DNA of 64,000 bases from Eledone cirrhosa (GCA_964016885.1 OZ024743.1:249426001-249490000); one strand, 5' to 3'; positions 36,275 to 50,099 are shown, numbered from the stretch's first letter. Translations and numbers: made by a program. The notes: generated by a model not told the origin, from the letters alone.

Positions 36275-39200
36275 CATAGAACAGACAAGGGGCGGACGGA
36301 GGCTCTGTAAGCCGTAATGTAGGCAACTCGTCTAGGAGAGTTACCACTCTGAAAAAATTGGTGTGGGGTAGAGAAGTCCCCTAAGTTCAGTAAGACAACT
36401 TCCCTAGTGCTGGTAGCACAAATAAAAGCACCCAGTCCATGCTGTAAAAATGGAGGGGTAGAGAGGGCCCCTGAGTCCAGTAAGACATCCTCTCTAGTGC
36501 TGGTGGCACGAATAAAAGCACCCAGTCCATGCTGTAAAGTGGTGTTGGTGTTAGGAAAGGCATCCAACCAGTATATATACTACTGCCAAAAACTATGAGC
36601 ACAACAAATGAGAATTGCAACAACTGCGTCAACAGCAATAACACTAACCATGTTAGGGCTGCGCATGGTAGTGGGGTTGCTGGTGAGGCCATGTGCAAGA
36701 AACCGCCGACCGTCATCAAGCAATCGCACTACAGGAAAAGGAACAAGAATAAGAAGACGTCGTATCTCAGAGTTGCAACACTTAATGTTGGCACTCTCAC
36801 AGGTAGATCTGGTGAAATAGTGAAGATGCTGGAGAGAAGGCACGTGGATGTAAGCTGTGTGCAAGAGGTCGGATGGAAAGGTGCCTCTGCGAGACTAATC
36901 GCAGGCAAACATCTTAGTTATAAGCTTTTCTGGGTGGGTAATGATGATGGGTTAGGGGGAGTAGGCATTTTTCTGCCTGAGAGATGGATTGATAAGACAA
37001 TAGAGGTAGTTCAAGTAAGTAATCGAATAATTAAGCTTAGATTAGTTGTAGGTAGGAGACTACTGACAATCATCTTTGCCTATGCTCCCCAGGCAGGCCT
37101 AGGTAAAGAAGAGAAAGACTGCTTTTACGAGCAACTTTTACAAACAGCTGCAATGACAGAGGATGGAGACATCGTTATGCTAGCAGGGGACTTCAATGGT
37201 CATGTTGGACAGCTCCAGGATGGTTACACTTGGGTCCATGGTGGGCACGGTTACGGCTCAAGAAATGAAGGAGTGAGACTTCTTGAATTTTGTGATGCAA
37301 GTGCACTAACCATTTGTAACACTAACTTCCAGAAACCTGCCAACCACCTAATAACCTATAAATCAGGCGAGCACATAAGCCAGATTGACTTCTTGCTAGT
37401 TAGGCAGCAGGACAGACAGATGGTGTCAAATACCAAGACATACCCCAGGGAAGAATGTACCCCACAGCATAGGTTAGTCGTCAGTGATAACTCAGTAAGC
37501 AAGAGACGGAATGAGACATACAGGAAGGTGTGGAGAAGAAAGGTCTGGAAACTAAAAGACCTTTCACTAAAATACAAATTTAGGAAAGCCCTTCAAGATG
37601 TGTATGATGAAAAAGAAGACGATTTAGAGTCGTATGACATAGATGATAACTGGAATTTCTTACGTGACAACTTACTGCAGAGCTCCAACCAGACAGAGAG
37701 TGACCTGGTGGTGGAACAGCATGGTAGACAGGGCCATTAGAAACAAAAGATTAGCATGGAATGCTTGGAAAAAAGGTGGGAGTAGAGAAGGATATACAGC
37801 CGCTAAGAGAGAAACTAGACGTCAGGTGTACTTAGCACGCAGGGAGGCTGAGAGTAGAAGGTTTGCCAATGTTCTGCGACGGGAAGATCAGAGACGTGCG
37901 GCGTTCTGCATTGCAAGGCAGTGTGTCAGTGCAAATCAGGATGTTGTTGGAGATAAAATGTGTCCGGAATGATGACGGTGTACTTAGTGTCATGAATAAT
38001 TAGAAAAAGGAGGCCTGGAAATGTCATTATGAGAGACTGATGAATGTGGAGAACAAATGGGAGAGAGAGAAATTACTCCCAGTAGATCCGACAGAAGGTC
38101 CAGCTATTGAGATTGACGAATATAGAGTCCAAGAGGTAATTAAGGAAATGAAAAATGGTAAGGCCGTTGGACCGTCAGGGATAGTTGCTGAGATGCTGAA
38201 GGCATCAGGGGACATAGGCACTAAACTGGTTGCACGCATCATCAATCAGGCTATATATGGCGGTGTCATACCCAAAGACTGGTGCAGCAGTATTCTCATA
38301 AATTGCTACAAAGGTAAAGGGGATACTCTGGAGAGGAGCAATTATAGGGGCATAAAACTAATGGATCAGGTTATGAAAGTGGCAGAAAGGATATTAGCGC
38401 AACTAATTAGAGAAAGGGTCAAACTAGAAGAGATGCAGTTTGGTTTTGAGCCTGGGAAAAGTACAACACATGCCCTCTTCTTAGTGAGACAATTACAAGA
38501 GAGGTTCTTAGAAAAGAATAAGCCACTATACTTAGCTTTTGATAGGGTACCCTGATCTGTCATCTTGGGGTCCCTAAGGAAACTAGGTGTTGAGGAATGG
38601 CTTATGAGGACAGTGCAAGCTTTGTACAGAGGTACTGTCAGTAAAGTGAGGGTAGGAATGGAGTTTAGTGAGGAATTCCAGATACAAGTAGGAGTACATC
38701 AGGGTTCGGTCCTCAGCCCGCTCTTGTTCATTATAGTCCTCCAAGCCATAACAGAGGAGTTTAAGACTGGCTGTCCATGGGAACTTCTCTATGCTGACGA
38801 TCTGGTTCTTATAGCAGAATCAGTAGAGGAGCTAGAGAATAAATTCTGGCTATGGAAACAGCAATTGGAATCAAGAGGACTGAGAGTGAACCTAGCTAAG
38901 AAAAAAGTGTTGATGAGTAGAAAAGAGGACAAAACTCTGATTCCGTCAGGGAAATGGCCATGTTCGATAGGCAGAAATGGAACTGGCATAAATTCTATAA
39001 AATACACACAATGCAGATCTTGGGAACACAAGAGATGTAGTGGGATAGCAGGCAAACTATCAGGTAGGTAGAAATACGTATGCAGTAGATGTACAGGCAA
39101 ATTTGACAGTAGAAGTCGCATTGATAGACACATTTTTCAAATGCAGGTGGGTGCTATAGAAGTGGTTGATAGCTTCCGGTACCTAGGTGATTAGATTAGC

Positions 39201-39787
39201 ATGGGAGGGGGGGGGTGTTCTGAGGCCATAGTATCTAGAATAAGGATGGGTTGGAAGAAGTTTAGGGAGCTGCTTCCTCTGCTGACGAAAAAGGGTTTCT
39301 CCCTGCGTATGAAAGGCCGGTTATATGATGCCTGTGTGAGGTGCGCGATACTGCATGGTAGTGAGACATGGGCAGCAACTGCAGAGGATATGCGATGGCT
39401 GGAGAGAAATGAGGCAAGCATGCTCCATTGGATATGCAATGTCAATGTGCGTGAACGGCCGAGCATGGATGTGTTGAGAGAGAAACTGTGTCTGAGAAGG
39501 ATAAATTGTAGTGTGTGGGAGAGGAGACTGCGATGGTATGGACATGTGATGCGCATGGAGGATGACCGATGAGTGAAGAAGTGCCAAGAAATGCCAGTTG
39601 AAGGAAGACATAGTAGAGGAAGACCACGAAAAACATGGGCGGAGGTGGTGAGAACAGACCTCAGATTGCTGAAGCTCACGGTGGAGATGACGAAGGACCG
39701 TGATAAGTGGAGAGATGCTGTGCTGAATAAGACCCGTGCCACCCTTGCAAGCAGGGAAAAGCAGACATAAAATGATGATGATGATGA
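36275..39787 (+). mobile_element. Full-length but disrupted RTE LINE (family A): APE endonuclease plus RT, (GAT)n tail
   Basis: ATLNVGTL, CVQE, YAPQ, GDFNGHVG, QIDF; RT NYRGIKL, GVHQGSVLSPLLF, YADD; internal C-x2-C/WxHxxC module. Split by frameshifts into ORFs 36595, 37643, 38040, 38565, 39201, 39573. Confidence 0.95.
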
Positions 39788-39793
39788 TTTATA

Positions 39794-39834
<41 letters not shown>

Positions 39835-39844
39835 GGATGTGTAA

Positions 39845-40412
39845 TATATGTATATAATATGCGAATGGCAAAGCATAAGCGAACTGAGAGAGAAACTAGG
39901 CATAAGAGGAATCAAATGGTGTGTGCAGGAGAGATTACATTGGTATGGACATGTGATACGTATGAAGAAGGACAGCTGCATAAAAAGGTGTAGAGCGCTC
40001 AAAGTTGATGGAAGTCTTAGAGTGGGGAGCCCCAGGAAGACTTTGGATGAGGTGATAAAAGCTGACTTTGCCCAATTGCACCTCTCAAAGGCGATGACAC
40101 AGGACTGAGATCTCACATACATCTCCCATGAGAATAGGCTGAAGTATATGTCATGTGAAGCCCCCAGCCCACACTGTAAAGTGGTCGTGATGGTGACATT
40201 GCAAAAAGCACCCAGCTCACACTGTAAAGTGGGCATGTAGGTGTCACAACAAAAAGCACCCAGTCCACATTGTAAAATGGTTGTGTAGGCATCATGACAA
40301 AAGCACCTAGTACTTACTGTAAAGGAGGTTCTGTATGAGCAAGACATGGTCACCTGACCTGGCATTGCCCACAACAGGACAACTCATCTAACCCATGCTA
40401 GTGTGGAAAAAT
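39845..40412 (+). mobile_element. RTE LINE 3' fragment (family C)
   Basis: SELREKLGIRGIKWCVQERLHWYGHV..SPRKT, then UTR with the tandem module. Confidence 0.85.
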
Positions 40413-40419
40413 GAATCAC

Positions 40420-41908
40420 CATCATCATCTTCGTTTAACGTCCATCTTCCACTTTAGCATAGGTTAGACGGGAGTTGTTCCACTTGAGGCAAGGTTGGTC
40501 AGGTGACCGTCTCTCGCTCATATAGGACTATCTGGCAGGTTTTCTACGGCTGGATGCCCTGCCTAACACCAACCACATTTACAGTGTGGAACTGGGAACT
40601 TTTTACCGTGTTACCTACACGGCCATATTACAGCGTGGACTGTATTTTTTTGTCGTGACACCTACACGATCTCGATCTCATTATCTCATTTATTTGGACT
40701 GGATGTTGTAGTACCAACTTTACATAGAGAGAGTGGTGTTAGTGGGAGTGGGAGGATAGGGTAGGAGTAGTGGTTTGGGGTGTATATTTGGTGTGCATAG
40801 GCAAGGCAGGTCTTCTGTATTACTGCGTAGTGCCAAAGATCTTGGTCCAGTGACATTGTCTTAGAGAGGTGCAAGTGTGTAAGGTCGGAATTCATCAAAT
40901 TCTCCCAGGTTTTTCTGGGTCTACCTACTCCGTAACTACCATCAATTCTGATAGTCCTGCACTTTTTTATACAGCTGTCGTCTTTCATGCGCATCACGTG
41001 ACCATACCAACGTAGTCTTCTCTCAAGTAAACATCATCTGATCCCTCTTATTCCTAATTTCTCAATTAGTTCATTTATGCTTTGCCGTTCACATATATTA
41101 CTATTACACATCAAACAGAGCATGCATGCTTCATTCCTTTCCAGTCTGCGCAGATCCTCTGCACGCAATGCCCATGTCTCACTGCCATGTAGCATTGCTG
41201 TTCGTATTCAGGCTTCATACAATCTGCCTTTCATTTTTAGAGAGAAACCTTTTGGGGCCAACAGTGGTATAAGCTCTCTGAACTTTTTCCATCCCGTTCT
41301 GACTCTGGCTACTGTACTTTCAGAACACCCTCCACCACTGCTGATTTTGTCACCCAGGTAACGGAAAGTGTCCACTATTTCTATAGAACCATCTGGGCAA
41401 TAGAAGGAGCTAGTATCCTGTGGGAACTTGCTGCTACTTATTGCACCTGAGCATCGGTCACATATAAAATCCACATTCTTAGATAGTTTACCTGTGATCC
41501 CACTACATCTTTTATGTACCCATAGTTTGCATTTGGGACATAAAATGGGATTTCTGCCTACGCCTTTCCTACACACTGAGCATGGCCATTTCTCTGAGGG
41601 CACCTGTGCCCTATTTTCCTTTCTACAAACTAGAACTTTAGTCTTAGACAAGTTAACTCTAAGGCCTTTTGATTCTAGGCCATTCTTCCATGATTGGAAT
41701 TTCTTCTCTAGTTCAGCCATAGATTCAGCTATGAGAGTTAGATCATCTGCGTATAGGAGTTCCCATGGGCAGCCGGTCTTAAACTCCTCTGTTATAGCCT
41801 AAAGGGCAATAATAAATAGGAGGGGGCTAAGGACAGAGCCTTGATGAACACCAACTTTTACACTAAATTCTTCACAATATTCATTGTTAATTCTAACCTT
41901 GCTGACTG
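40420..41908 (-). mobile_element. 5'-truncated RTE LINE (family B)
   Basis: GVHQGSVLSPLLF, YADD, ORF 41208-41720, UTR and tail as in 137-778. Confidence 0.92.
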
Positions 41909-42801
41909 TATGTAAAACAATATATATATCATGCGAAACCATTTTGCTGGTTTGAGAGCTGATGAGGGTGAAGATGTGTGTGTGTGTGTGTGTGTGTGTG
42001 TAAACTTGTCTTGTACATTGCCTTTCTTTATTTCCTTTTTCCAGTCACTTCTGTGTGCCAACACATTTCTCCTTGGTCTCCTCTTTCAATCTTTTCTATA
42101 TTTCATCTGCTTGTCACCCACCTTCTGGAGTCTCTCTGTTGACCACAGGCCGCTGGTCTCTGTCCTCTGAGGCTTTTTCGCCTATCGCTGTCTTTGACAA
42201 CATTTAGCTTTTCTAGGAATGAGTTTTCTCATTTTTATATGAATATACATATATTTTGTTATACTTTGGGATAAGATTGAAAGGGTTGAAGACAGATATT
42301 TTCCTCTTTAGTCAAGACCCATAGACTTTTTAAGTTTCACTTGAGAGGAAATTGAGAGTGGAGGGAGAAGTGTTGCTTTCCAGCAAATTTCTTGAAAGGA
42401 TGAGAGTGGCGAGCATGTTCAAGTAAATAAACTAGCTCTGAGCATGCACATGTAAATTGGAGACAATTGTGGGATGGCACTTGCTTTAGTGGTCAGGATG
42501 ACAACAGATTTTTGAGTGAGGGGGTTTCCATGAGTGACCCTCAGAAGTCTCCACCCACTGGGAAATTTCTTACTTGTTTTTGTTATTACTCATTATTACA
42601 CGTTTCCATAAAACCACTCTGAATCATCCTTACTGTGCTTGTAGATTAGACCTACCCTACCTATGGACACATTAAGTAAGTGGTTTCATCCAATCCTCAC
42701 TCTCTCTTTGTAATAACTGTATGCCCACATATTGGAATAAGTTATAAAGGAAAGTTAAGGCTCAATTCGTTGAGAAGAGATATAATCCTTTCTCTTGGTT
42801 C

Positions 42802-45415
42802 CATCATCATCACCGTTTTACGTCCGTTCTTCCATGCTAGCATGGGTTAGACGGGTTGTCCTGTTGTGAGCAGTGTCCGTTCGGCTGACCATGCCTTGCT
42901 CATACAGGAACTGATTTTGGCTTGATTTCTACAGCTGGATGCTCTTCCTAACACCAACCTCATTTACAGTGAGTGCTGGGTGCTTTTTTCCATGGCACCT
43001 ACATGTCTACTTTACAGTGTGGGCTGGGTGCTTTTTTGCCGTGGCACCTCCACGACCACTTTACAGTGGGAGGGTGTGGGGGCATATTGTCTATATGCTT
43101 CAGCTTGTACCCATGGGAGGTCGGGTACTCTGTATTACTGCGTGACGCCAGAGGTCACGGTCATGTGTCATCGCCTTTGAGAGGTGTAATTGGGTAAGGT
43201 CGGCTTTTATCACCTCATCCCAGGTCTTCTTGGGTCTCCCCACTCCGCGGCTTCCAGTGACTTCTAGTGCTCTGCACCTTTTTATGCAGCTGTCATCCTT
43301 CATACGCATCACATGTCCATACCAATGCAACCGCCTCTCCTGCACACAGCATTTGATTCCTCTTATGCTCAGTCCCTCTCTCAATTCATTTATGCTTTGT
43401 CGTTCACGTATATTACTATTACACATCCATCGGAGCATGCAGGCTTCGTTTCTTTCTAATCAACGTAAGTCTTCCACCTTCAGCGCCCAGGTCTCACTAC
43501 CATGTAACATTGCTGTTCGGATACACACATCATGCAGTCTGCCTTTCATTTTGAGGGAGAAGCCTTTTGCAGCTAGCAGTGGCAGTAGTTCCCTGAACTT
43601 CTTCCATCCCATTCTTACCCTAGTTATTGTACTTTCTGAACACCCACCTCCGCTGCTAATTCGGTCACCTAGGTAGCAGAAGCTCTCTGTTTCTACAGAG
43701 CCCTCCCAGAGATTGGTGGTACTAGTTTCCTGTGGCTGTTTGCTGCATGTGAAGCCTACATTCTTAATTAAGCTTCCAGAGATCCCGCTACATCTCTTGT
43801 GTACCCATTGTTTGCATTTGGAGCAGAGAATGGAGTTCCTACCTACACCTTTCCTACATACTGAGCAAGGCCATTTCCCTGAGGGGATCTGGGTTCTGTT
43901 TTCTCGTCTACTTACAAGGACCTTAGTCTTTGTCAGGTTGACTTTGAGACCCTTTCTTTCTAGTCCCTGCTTCCAAGTTTGGAATTTCTTCTCTAGTTCT
44001 ACCATAGATTCAGCTATAAGTGCGAGGTCATCAGCATACAGGAGTTCTCATGGGCATCCGGTCTTAAACTCCTTCGTTATTGCCTGCAGGACTATGATGA
44101 ACAGGAGAGAGCTAAGAACAGAGCCCTGGTGGACACCAACCTGTACGCTAAATTCCTCGCTATACTCATTGCTAATCCTAACTCTGCTGACTGCTCCCCT
44201 ATACATGGCTTGTACAGCTTTCACAAGCCATTTATCTACTCCTAGTTTTCTAAGAGCCCACCAGATTACAGCACGTGGAACTCTGTCAAAGGCTTTCTCG
44301 AGATCGACGAATGCCAGGTAGAGTGGCTTACTTTTAGCTAGGTACTTTTCCTGTAACTGCCTCACAAGGAAGAGGGCATCAGTGGTGCCTCTTCCTGGTA
44401 CAAAACCAAATTGCATCTCATCTAGTTTCACCCGGTCCCTAATCAACTGTGCTATAACTCTTTCTGTTACTTTCATGACCTGGTCCATCAGCTTTATACC
44501 TCTATAGTTTCCTCTATCTAGTGCATCACCTTTACCTTTGTAGCAGTTGACAATGATGCTACTGCACCAATCTTTTGGTATGACACCTTCTAGTATTACC
44601 TGGTTAACAATACGTGTGGTTATAGTGTGACCTACAGACCCAGATGCCTTCAGCATCTCGGCAGCTATACCTGATGGACCGGTTGCCTTCCCCATCTGCA
44701 TATCTTTGATTGCCTTACTTACTACGCTGCTGCTGACTTGTACTGCTGGCCCCTCTATAGGGTCTACTTGGGGTAGGGTCTCTTCTTCCCATGCATTCTC
44801 CTCATTTAGTAATCAATCATAATGGCTCTTCCATGCATCTTTCTTCTCAGCACTTGTGAGGGCAAGCTCACCTTTATCATTCCGGATACACTTCTCTCCA
44901 ATGACATCACAATTCTCTCTGACACACTGCCTCGCAATCTTGAACACCTCCTGTTTCTGGTCCTCACGTTGCAAAACATGCTTGAATTTTCTATCCTCTG
45001 CTTCCCTCCTAGCTAAGTATACTTGTCCCCTAGCTTCCCTCTTGGTCTCTATGTAATGTACCCTGCTCCCCCCCATTCTTCCATTCTTTCCATGCCTGTC
45101 TCTTGGCCTTAACTGCCTCATCTACCTTATTGTTCCACCACCAAGTCACTCTCCTCCTGCTTGTGGTCTTACTCCAGCCACAGACCTCATTCGTCGCCTC
45201 TAATAAGTTATTTTTTAGGAACTCCCAGTGCTCTTCTACATTGAATGTCTCTATCTGTTCTTCTTTACTGTTGTAGGTGTTGAGTAAAATATCTTTAAAT
45301 CTGTTACTGGCTGAAGGGTCTTTCAGCTTCCAGATCTTTCTTCTCCAGGTTGGCCTCTGTTTTCAGGTTCGTCTAGTTCTGACCGTGAGGTCGCTGACAA
45401 CTAAGCTATGTTGGG
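42802..45415 (-). mobile_element. 5'-truncated RTE LINE (family C)
   Basis: ORFs 43100-45121 form a colinear RTE RT (AFVDLEKAFDRVP, GVHQGSVL, YADD); tail at ~42802. Confidence 0.93.
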
Positions 45416-46571
45416 AGGTTCCATGTCAGGCGGAATCATATTCTTTGAGACTTTTGCCTGCTAATAGTTTCTTTATGTTAAATACATTCTTTCAGACATA
45501 TGCTCTATCACGGTATTTATAATTTGGTTTCACAGACACCTTAACAATACATAAATATGGATTCATGCTTTTAAACTTCTTTCTCTGTAACTAGTATTGG
45601 ATAGAACATGTTAAGAACATGTGAGCTTTTTTTTTTGCAGTTATATTATGTTAATCTTATGTAAGATAATTTTTTAAATAGGATACTAATTCACGCAGCT
45701 CTTTTGGTTATTTGATGAAGTCTGTTTGGTTTTCTGAATTATTTATATGCACTAAATTAACTAAAGTTTAATTACAGGGGACCGTATATTCGTCATCACT
45801 ACGTGCTTTTTGTAAATGTTTTGGCAGTTAATAAATAAATCATTGTGTCCTTTGCATCAAAGGCATAACTCTCTTATACTAATAATGTATCACTTATAGT
45901 TTTAAAACTGTATGGCAAAAAGTAAAAGAAATACCTAAAATACAAGGAGCTTCTATGAAGTTGTTCTCCCTGCTAGAAATAGAAGCCAAATCTCCAACTC
46001 ACACTTGACCATATTAGATAATGCCTCTAAAAGACATGATGGTCCTGGCTGGAACACTTTTGATTATAAGTCTGCTCGAAAAGGGCTGACTTTAAGCAAA
46101 ACATCAACAACTTAACCAAGCATGAGCAAACTTCGATGAAATCGATTGATCTGCTAAAAACAGCAACCAACTCACTCTCAATGTCACCTATACCATCTAA
46201 TGATGCATTAGATAATATAATCCAACATGTCCAAAAAGACAGTTGGAATACCCTTGTCAGCCTCTCTGACGAAAATAGCATTCAGAATTGCTGTTGTTTG
46301 TGCTTCAATTATATAACAAAAAAGGAATATCCACAATATTCGTAATGCATTAGATAATATCACACTTGATATTATCATTAGATAATATCACACTTGATCT
46401 GAGAAATCTTTGGAAATATTTTTAAATAAAAATCTTCCAGGCAGCATCTGCATCAGTAGATATGAGATAAAAGAGATCTAATGACTAGGTTAGAGATAAC
46501 AACCCTGAAATATGTGACTTACTTAGGGACAAACAAAATCTTTGTCAAAAACTTCTTTCTCAATCAATCAA

Positions 46572-48500
46572 TCATCATCATTGTTTAACGTCCATTTTTC
46601 CAAGCTAGCATGGGTTAGACGAGTTGTCCCATTGTGAGACAAGCCAGATCAGGTGACCATGTCTTGCTCATACAGAACTGATTTCGGCTTGGTTTCTATG
46701 GCTGGATACTCTTCCTGACACCAACCACAGTGTGTACTGGATGCGTTTTATTGTGACACCTATACAACTATTTTACAGTGTGGGTTGGGGATGGGGTAGG
46801 GAAGGTGCATGGGGATTAGAAAGGTAGATCTAGTGGGGGCGAAAGAAGGGTGGGGTGTTAGGGCATGGGAGGTGTATGAAAGGGGGAGGTAAGGGAAAGT
46901 AGTGCCTAATAGACGTATGCTTGAACCTTTCCATATGGGAAGGTGAGTCTTCTGTATTACTGCATATCACCAGAGATCTCAATCCTGTGTCATCGCCTTT
47001 GAGAGGTGTAATTGTGCAAGGTCTGCTTTTATAACCTCATCCCAAGTCTTCGTTGGTCATCCTACTCCATAGTTTCCATCAACTTTGAGCAACCTGCACC
47101 TTTTTATACAGATGTCATCCTTCACATGCACCACATATCATACTAATGCAATCTCCTCTCCTGCACACTGCATCTGATCTCTCTTATGCCTGGTTTCTGT
47201 CTCAGTTCATTTATGCTTTGCCATTCACGTATATTACTATTACATGTAGTGGCCCCTTGGGTCGAGAAGGAGAGAAACTGAAAGTACCCGCTCTCTTACA
47301 AAGCTAGCCTTCCAGGAGTTAAGATGTAATTTTGCCTTCTCCCACTTTTTATTTTACCCACACCATGTGGAGTTAACATATTAAGAGCAACTCTCTCTCA
47401 GGCGACTTCAACTTCGGAACAGAAAACCAATAACACCATGTGGAGACTAACTTATTCTCTCATCTCGTCGCCAATTCTACAGCTAATAATACCAATTACA
47501 CATATTATATTATTTCAAAAGGTATGTCTTATTTCTAAGTTGTAACACGCACTCATAACAATAAAGATGAGACAATTATAGACACTCATGTGAGATATTT
47601 CAGCATGTTTCATTTAATTACTTTATTCCTAAATTGATGACCAAATAACGTAAACACTAAAAAAAAATCGATGAACTTTCATGCCCGTTAAATACACATC
47701 CATCAAAACATGGAAGTTTCATTTCTTTCCATGCAACATTGCTGTCCGTATACACGCATCATATAATCTCCCCTTCATTTTGAGGGCGAAACCTTTTGTA
47801 GCTAACAGCAGTAGTAGCACCTTGAACTTCTTCCATCCCGTTCTCACTCTGACTTTGGTAACAGAAGCTGTCAATTGCTTCAATGGAGCCTTCCAAGAAT
47901 TTGATAGCATTTGTTTCCTGTGAGTGTTTGTTACTGCTTCTGTGCAATGGTCACAAGTAAAGCCAACATTTTTAGCTAATCTACCTGAGATTTCATTACA
48001 TCTCGTGTACTCATAGCTTGCATTTGGGACAGAAGATGGAATTTATACCCCACAATTTTCCTACACACTGAGCAGGGCCATTTCCTAGAAGAGATCAAGG
48101 CTTTGTTTTCTTCATTACGTACTAGAACTTTGGTCTTTGCCAAGTTGACTTTAAGACTTTTGATTCCCATTTATACATCCAGGTCAGGATTTTTTCTCTA
48201 GTTCTGTCATAGATTCAGCTATGAGAGTTAGTTCATCAGCATACAGGAGTTCCCTTGGACATCCTGTTTTAAACTCTTCTTTTATAGATTGAGGACGATA
48301 ATAAACAAGAGAGGGCTAAGGATGGAACCTTGGTGGAAACCAGCTTGCACAACAAACACCATTATTAACTTCAGCCTCACTGACAGCACCTCATTACATG
48401 GTTCGTACTGCCCTCACTAGCTACTCTTCTACTAGTTTCCTTAGAGCTTACCAGATTACGGAATGGGGTACCCAGTCGAAAGCTTTCTCTAGGTTGATAA
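46572..48500 (-). mobile_element. Degraded 5'-truncated RTE LINE interrupted by a 452-bp insertion
   Basis: KAFDW, GFHQGS, YADE, GWKKF remnants; RTE sequence resumes colinearly after 47696. Confidence 0.85.
47245..47696. mobile_element. Insertion in the RTE, possible solo LTR (TGTA...TACA)
   Basis: Splits the RTE sequence ctattaca|catccat. TG..CA ends and an AATAAA at ~47559; TSD ambiguous. Confidence 0.5.
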
Positions 48501-49099
48501 ATGCTAAGTAAAGGAGTTTGCTTGTCTTTCACACGTTTTGTCACTTTTTTCTTCCATCCCTCCTCTCTCGTCATGTTTCTCTTTTTTCTCTCTCACATCC
48601 ACTCTCTTTTTCTCTACAAAATTGAGATAAAACAAAATAGCCGGGCTTTCAATATGCATACAGAAATATGTACAACTGAGCTTAAATGGATTGCTCGCTT
48701 TGTAATGCAATACAATTGCTACCATTACTTGTCCCGTGATGTAGAGAATATATATGTAATTGCTGAGTTTTAGGCGGACATACAGGATCAAGAACTTTCA
48801 TTCATATATAAGAAAGAAGAGGGACAACAACTTTATACCGACCGAATGCTAGAAAGAGCAGCCAAATACCTCTGAAATTACACTACCATCTTTACAGTTG
48901 ATGTGTGGTGGGGTAGATATTGTCTGGGAAAAAAAATGAAAAATAAGAAACGAAATGGTACGGTCTGGAATGCTCTTTAATCATAGGTCTATTCCAGAGT
49001 GGACCTGAGGGTTAAACATTACCAGTGACCAGGTAGATTAAAATTAATCGAACTTTTGGCATCACAAAATATAAACAATACAGAGACAGTAATAATTAC

Positions 49100-49290
49100 T
49101 TTTAATATTGGCACAAGGCCATCAATTTAGGGGAAGTCTATTATCTCGTCCTCAGTATATAACTGGTACTGTATCAACCTCGGAACGATGAAAGCCAAAG
49201 TTGACTTCTGTGGTATTTGAACTCAGTCGTAACTAAATACCGCAAAGCATGTTACCGGACATTCTCCCGGTATGCCAATCCACTGCCCTA
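49100..49290 (-). mobile_element. tRNA-derived SINE (older)
   Basis: ggcacaaggcc...atttgaactc...gccaatccactgcct. Confidence 0.75.
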
Positions 49291-49737
49291 CACAGGCAGT
49301 AATAATTGAAAAATAAAAAATAAAAAAACACGTTCAGCAATCCACATTGGAACAAGTATTTTCTTAATCATTTTCATAATAGGATCATTCGCTACCAATT
49401 TGTGTGGGTTATAGGGCATGCAATTCATTCGAAAGTCTGAGATCAAAGGTAAAGGCCTTGGATTTATAAGGGAGAAGAAATATAACTATACTGAACTCAA
49501 AAACAATCGATCATTTTAATGCAGAACAGAAAATATATGGTTTACCTTCGTGAATTTATGAACACATAGCTGACTTTCGGCAGTATATTTTCTCCTACGT
49601 TTCGGCAGGAATTAGATACATCCAATATAGAATTGTTTGTGGAAGAAAAAAGTAGTTAATGATAATTTTAAAGTGATTTTACTAGGTCAAAATATTTTTC
49701 TTTGTTAAGCTATGAATAGAATGCATTGTTGGGATAA

Positions 49738-49783
49738 GGTCCCATAGCAACTTTGTTAGACCACAAGGAAGTCGCCAGGAAAC
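49738..49783. promoter_or_regulatory. Two RFX X-box-like motifs in a CpG-retaining unique patch; candidate promoter of the CCDC162-like gene
   Basis: GGTCCCATAGCAAC (49738-49751) and GTCGCCAGGAAAC (49771-49783). Minus-strand donor AG|GTAAAC at 49546/49545 could end a 5' UTR exon. Confidence 0.5.
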
Positions 49784-50099
49784 GCGGTAGAGATTACGAA
49801 TCGTCTGAAATATGCCTAAACATGATTTGACAGTCCTCCTTATAAAGTAATGACTTCGTTTTGCGGAGTACGCTATTTCAAAAACGTATACATTCAAATA
49901 TATTTTACATAAATATTAATTAATTTACTCCGTCAAACACCATTGTTTAAAAGGTACATTGTGTTTTACTGTTTTGATATATGTATTAATACCCTGTATA
50001 TGGCTTATATATATAAACTTTAATCGTGGAAATAAAAAAAAATACATAATAATAGAAAGAAAAAAATAATCATAAATGGGGAAAGGAGAAGGGAGTGGC

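Noticed and set aside
36595-37740. 381-aa ORF as a cellular gene (CFDP2-like)
   Set aside because: It is the APE endonuclease of the surrounding RTE LINE, colinear with downstream RT fragments.
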